DNA of 64,000 nucleotides from contig OY762069.1 of NCBI GenBank assembly GCA_963665095.1, positions 6,720,001-6,784,000 on the forward strand. The letters are read 5' to 3'. The number at the start of each line of letters is the position of its first letter. The stretch's first letter is position 1. This document shows, in pieces, positions 60,009 to 64,000 of this stretch. This DNA comes from an uncultured Desulfobacter sp. (lineage in GTDB: Bacteria > Desulfobacterota > Desulfobacteria > Desulfobacterales > Desulfobacteraceae). The translations under genes were made by a program, and so were the position numbers. The notes below the pieces were generated by a model. The model had not been told where the DNA came from, did not search any database, and worked only from the letters and a program-made list of their open reading frames with translations.

Positions 60009-60024
60009 AAAGCCATTTGAACGC

Positions 60025-60059
60025 AAAAAAGGCTTTCATGGAAAACCGTGAAAGCCTTT
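60025..60059 (-). terminator. Intrinsic terminator downstream of tRNA-Gln
   Basis: AAAGGCTTTCATGG-AAAA-CCGTGAAAGCCTTT with a T run on the minus strand. Confidence 0.75.
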
Positions 60060-60067
60060 ATTATCGG

Positions 60068-60141
60068 TGGCTGGCTGACTAGGATTCGAACCTAGATTGA
60101 CGGAGTCAGAGTCCGTAGTCCTGCCGTTGGACGATCAGCCA
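60068..60141 (-). tRNA. tRNA-Gln(CTG)
   Basis: TGGCTGATCGTCCAACGGCAGGACTACGGACTCTGACTCCGTCAATCTAGGTTCGAATCCTAGTCAGCCAGCCA; anticodon arm ACGGA-CTCTGAC-TCCGT. Confidence 0.93.
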
Positions 60142-60345
60142 GCAGAAACAACGTCAGGGTTTATACAATAAAGGCTGACGTTAAGTCAAGAAAATATTCG
60201 TTGAAAGTTTGGAACATGTAAGCGTATCATAAAAATCAGGTGAAAAATTTTGACAGAAAAGATGATGGGGTTTGGCAAGCACAAAATTTTTCTGTCTGTA
60301 TTTTGTCAATAACTAAAATTGCCTGCTAAATTTCCATTGAACTAT

Positions 60346-61200
60346 ATGAATAATTGTCCCTCTAATTCATTTTTATCCCCTGGAAACCCATTGCCTGAGA
60401 CCAGGGAATTTTTTACACTTGTTGAATTATTAAGAGGATATCCTGATCTGGCTCTGGCGTTTTCCGGTGGCGCTGATTCTTCATTCCTGCTTGCTGTGGC
60501 AAAAGTTGCAGGGATAGATTCAATTTTGCCTGTTTCTGTTGTGACTGATTTCCTGACATGCAGGGAAAAGGTCCGCTTGAGGCGTTTGGGAAATGCTCTG
60601 AATATTGAACCCGTATTGGTATCCGTTGATATCCTTGCTATACCCGGGGTGGCGGAAAATTGCCAAAGGCGCTGCTATTATTGTAAACGGTGTTTATTTT
60701 CAGAGATCAGGAAAGTTGCCCGAAAAAGAGGGGTGCAGACTCTGGTTCATGGGGCCAATCTTGATGATTTGAAAGAGTTTCGGCCCGGCATGCAGGCGGC
60801 CCGGGAGCTAGGATATCTCGCCCCTCTGGTGGAAGCAGGGTTTACCAAGCGGAAAATTCGGGAATGTTCAAAAATTATTGGTCTTGAAACCTGGAATCTG
60901 CCTTCCCAGTCATGTCTGGCCACCCGCATTCCCGAAGGGGAAGAGATTACACATAAGAAGCTGGAAAGGGTGGAGGCAGTTGAGAATTTCCTCCATGATC
61001 TGGATTTTGTCAGGGTACGGGTCCGGTGCCATGGCGATCTGGCGCGTATTGAAACCGGACTGGATGAATTTCATCGGCTTCTTGGAAAGGACGTCAGGTC
61101 GAAAGTAACGAAAGCGTTTAAGGGCGCCGGATTCAAATTTGTCTGTCTGGATCTGAACGGGTATGTGCCTGCAGGATTTCATATAGCGGTCAAGGAGTAA
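60346..61200 (+). CDS. larE: ATP-dependent sulfur transferase LarE family
   Basis: AFSGGADS PP-loop, RCYYCK, G.N.DD...RPG, PSQSCLATRIP.G, RVRCHG; start codon uncertain. Confidence 0.88.
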   Translation: MNNCPSNSFLSPGNPLPETREFFTLVELLRGYPDLALAFSGGADSSFLLAVAKVAGIDSILPVSVVTDFLTCREKVRLRRLGNALNIEPVLVSVDILAIPGVAENCQRRCYYCKRCLFSEIRKVARKRGVQTLVHGANLDDLKEFRPGMQAARELGYLAPLVEAGFTKRKIRECSKIIGLETWNLPSQSCLATRIPEGEEITHKKLERVEAVENFLHDLDFVRVRVRCHGDLARIETGLDEFHRLLGKDVRSKVTKAFKGAGFKFVCLDLNGYVPAGFHIAVKE

Positions 61201-61209
61201 GGGGTTGAT

Positions 61210-61653
61210 ATGAAGTATGCACAGGCAAAGTCTGGGCGGGTTTTTGTGGTCCGGCTGGAGGATCAGGAGGTGGTGCATGAAGAGATCGAGCGTTTTGCGC
61301 GGAATCATAACATTAAAGCCGCCTCATTAATTATTCTGGGGGCTGCAGACAGAGGCAGTGTTCTTGTAGCAGGGCCTCAGCAGGCTGATGTGATGCCTGT
61401 TGTGCCTAAAACTTATATGATGGATAATGTTCATGAGGTGGTGGGTGCCGGAACCCTGTTTCCCGATGAAAAGGGTGTCCCTGTCCTTCATATGCACATG
61501 GCCTGTGGAAGGGGAATCAGCAGTGTGGCCGGGTGTGTTCGTAACGGGGTTCGGGTTTGGCAGGTGATGGAGGTCGTGCTTCAGGAACTGGTGGATTTTT
61601 CCGGAACCAGACGCCTGGATTCTGATACCGGGTTTGAACTGCTGGAGCCTTGA
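61210..61653 (+). CDS. PPC/DUF296 domain protein
   Basis: GRVFVVRLE, GA, E..G.GT, LHMH...G...AG. Confidence 0.85.
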   Translation: MKYAQAKSGRVFVVRLEDQEVVHEEIERFARNHNIKAASLIILGAADRGSVLVAGPQQADVMPVVPKTYMMDNVHEVVGAGTLFPDEKGVPVLHMHMACGRGISSVAGCVRNGVRVWQVMEVVLQELVDFSGTRRLDSDTGFELLEP

Positions 61654-61783
61654 CATTAAAGGCCGTATCAGTCACTTGTTTTTTGTGGCAATGAAACAAG
61701 TGGAAGGGTTGGCTGAATTTAGGAGAAAAATCGTCCCCGGAGCTATACTGGCTGGCGGGGACGAGGGATAATATCAGATTGTT

Positions 61784-62203
61784 CTAACGCGCCTGAATTT
61801 CCAGGGCGTTGAAGAAATAACCGATCTCAAATGCGGCAGTTTCCGGGGCATCAGAACCATGAACAACGTTTTTTTCAATATCTGTGGCATATTCTCTACG
61901 GATGGTGCCTTCTTCTGCTTCCTTGAAATTTGTGGCTCCCATCAGTTTGCGGTTTTTGGATATAACATCTTCACCCTCAAGTACCATGACCACAATGGGT
62001 CCCGATGTCATGAAGTCGGTCAGGCTGTCAAAAAAAGGGCGTTCTTTATGAACTGCATAAAAACCCTGGGCCTGGGTTTTGGTCAAGTGAATCATTTTCA
62101 TGGCCGCGATTTTAATGTCATTGGTTTCAAACCGTTTGATAACTTCCCCTATGATGTTTTTGTTTACACCGTCAGGTTTAATAATGGATAGGGTTCTTTC
62201 CAC
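61784..62203 (-). CDS. ndk: Nucleoside-diphosphate kinase
   Basis: [33 protein letters not shown]. Confidence 0.97.
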   Translation of the reverse strand: MERTLSIIKPDGVNKNIIGEVIKRFETNDIKIAAMKMIHLTKTQAQGFYAVHKERPFFDSLTDFMTSGPIVVMVLEGEDVISKNRKLMGATNFKEAEEGTIRREYATDIEKNVVHGSDAPETAAFEIGYFFNALEIQAR

Positions 62204-62324
62204 GTGCGTTCCCCTTAAAATAAAAGGTTAATGGTTAATGAATCGGGGTTGATAATTATCACAGGAGCGTATTATAAGTCAAACCCGGCAACTGTTAGAA
62301 ATTGAAGAGAAAAACAAAAATACC

Positions 62325-62948
62325 ATGAGTGAAAAAATATTAAAGATAGGTGTCACAGGCTCGGCCGGCTCAGGCAAGAGTCTGGTTTGTGAGGGATTCA
62401 GGCGTATCGGCCTGGTTACCCTGGATTGTGATCAGATTGCAAGGCAGGTTGTAGAGCCCGGGCAGGCTGCCTATGAGGATGTGGTTAAGGCCTTTGGCCC
62501 TGGCGTGGTGTCCCCGGATCAGACTCTGGACAGGGTCGCGCTGCGAAATATAATAGTTGCCAGTGCAGAACATCGGGAGCAACTTGAATCCATTCTGCAT
62601 CCTGTCATTATCAGTGAGATGGTCCGACAGATGAATGATGCAGTTCATTTGCGGCAAAAATCCTGTGCCGTGGAAGTTCCTCTGTTATTTGAACTGGGAA
62701 TGGAAAAATTGTTTGATGCAACAGTGGTTGTGACTGCGACCCATGATCTCCTTGTGAGTCGGATTTCCAACCGGGATGGCGTGGATCCGGGCGATGCGGC
62801 CAAGATGCTGGATATCCAGATGCCCCAGTCAGAAAAGGTGCGAAAAGCTGATTTTGTAATCGAAAATTCAGGGGACATGGCAGATGTTGTTAAAACAGTG
62901 AAAGTATTGTACCAGAAACTTGTAAAACAGCGCTTGACAAAAGGATAA
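62325..62948 (+). CDS. coaE: Dephospho-CoA kinase
   Basis: GVTG..GSGKS, D.D.IAR, LDR..L, ILHP, VPLLFE, AD.VIEN. Confidence 0.93.
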   Translation: MSEKILKIGVTGSAGSGKSLVCEGFRRIGLVTLDCDQIARQVVEPGQAAYEDVVKAFGPGVVSPDQTLDRVALRNIIVASAEHREQLESILHPVIISEMVRQMNDAVHLRQKSCAVEVPLLFELGMEKLFDATVVVTATHDLLVSRISNRDGVDPGDAAKMLDIQMPQSEKVRKADFVIENSGDMADVVKTVKVLYQKLVKQRLTKG

Positions 62949-63117
62949 GAATACCTTAATAGAATTTTGTATTACCAAGTTCCATTATCTGTCCTTTTTT
63001 TTCTGCAGGGTCATGTTGGCTTCAAGCATTGTCAAAAAGGCATCCCAAATATAAAAATAGTTGTGAGTTTCAACACCACCATACCAACCAAACTGATGGA
63101 TCAAATCGGGAGATTGC

Positions 63118-64000
63118 ATGAATCTTGTAGAACTCAATAAGATGAAGATCAGTGAGCTGACCAAGCTTGCCAAAAAATACAATATCCAGGGGATCGGCGG
63201 CCTGAAAAAACAGGAATTGATTTTTGCCCTGCTCCAGGCCAATATTGAGGAAAGCGGTCAAATTTACGGTGAGGGCACCCTTGAAATCCTTCCGGACGGG
63301 TTTGGATTTTTAAGAGCCCCCGGGTATAATTATCTGCCAGGCCCTGATGATATTTATGTGTCTCCTTCACAGATTCGAAGATTCAATTTAAGAACCGGTG
63401 ATACAATTTCAGGGCAGGTTCGCCAGCCAAAAGATTCCGAACGTTATTTTGCCCTGCTTAAGGTGGAAGCGGTTAATTTCATGAATCCTGAACTGGCAGC
63501 AGAAATCATTTTATTTGACAATCTTTTGCCTTTGTATCCGGAGCGCAAGATGAATTTGGAAGCCGAACCGGACAACTACTCCATGCGTGTCATTGATTTG
63601 ATGGCCCCCATCGGGTTTGGTCAGCGCGGCCTGATTGTCTCTCCGCCTAAGGCTGGTAAGACGATGCTGCTTCAAAATATTGCCAATTCGATGATTTGCG
63701 CCCATAAAAATATTGTTCCCATGATTCTTCTTATAGATGAACGTCCGGAGGAAGTAACGGATATGGCCCGTTCCGTGGACGCAGAAGTCATCTCTTCCAC
63801 CTTTGATGAACCTGCAGAACGCCACGTACAGGTGGCCGAGATGGTCATAGAAAAAGCCAAAAGAATTGTGGAGCAGGGACATGATGTGGTGATTCTTCTG
63901 GACAGCATCACTCGTCTGGCCCGGGCTTATAATGCTGTGATGCCCCCGTCAGGAAAAATTCTTTCCGGTGGTGTGGACTCCAATGCCCTGGACCGGCCCA
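63118..64000 (+). CDS. rho: Transcription termination factor Rho, partial (runs off window end)
   Basis: Manual translation [19 protein letters not shown]...[12 protein letters not shown]...[21 protein letters not shown]...[19 protein letters not shown]...[11 protein letters not shown]. Confidence 0.97.
   Translation, partial: MNLVELNKMKISELTKLAKKYNIQGIGGLKKQELIFALLQANIEESGQIYGEGTLEILPDGFGFLRAPGYNYLPGPDDIYVSPSQIRRFNLRTGDTISGQVRQPKDSERYFALLKVEAVNFMNPELAAEIILFDNLLPLYPERKMNLEAEPDNYSMRVIDLMAPIGFGQRGLIVSPPKAGKTMLLQNIANSMICAHKNIVPMILLIDERPEEVTDMARSVDAEVISSTFDEPAERHVQVAEMVIEKAKRIVEQGHDVVILLDSITRLARAYNAVMPPSGKILSGGVDSNALDRP

Larger units (their letters stand above)
57106..60114. mobile_element. Approx. 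3-kb integrative element in tRNA-Gln(CTG)
   Basis: 48-bp direct repeats of the tRNA 3' half (57106-57153 and 60067-60114, 2 mismatches) flank a tyrosine integrase, a TA pair, a hicB relic and one ORF. Confidence 0.9.

Overview
A 64-kb, mostly housekeeping window from an anaerobic deltaproteobacterium. Gene content and protein style suggest Desulfobacteraceae (inference). Core genes: folC, rpsU, adk, eno, pyrG, class II DAHP synthase, rfaE2, pgeF, selD, F0-only atp cluster, paaK, amidase, mutS, hutI/hutC/hutH, apbC/mrp, rpoH-type sigma, larE, ndk, coaE and partial rho, plus three tRNAs (Arg-CCG, Arg-TCT, Gln-CTG). Mobile or decayed DNA: a decayed IS66-family element beside two gene relics, an apparently intact IS1380-family element just upstream of the sigma factor, and a 3-kb integrase/toxin-antitoxin island in tRNA-Gln. 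The most interesting signal is below the ORF-track cutoff: a 28-codon Phe-rich leader peptide with mutually exclusive antiterminator/terminator hairpins. It precedes a Liv-type ABC transporter and a motif-degenerate PaaK-like protein, and looks like a phenylalanine-sensing attenuator on a putative Phe/phenylacetate uptake operon. Also notable: a UGA-selenocysteine SelD that the ORF track truncates, an orphan zinc-ribbon ParA with a small partner next to a PilZ gene, compensatory base changes between the two att copies of the island, and a canonical HutC operator. All protein calls come from motif recognition by eye; no database searches were run.
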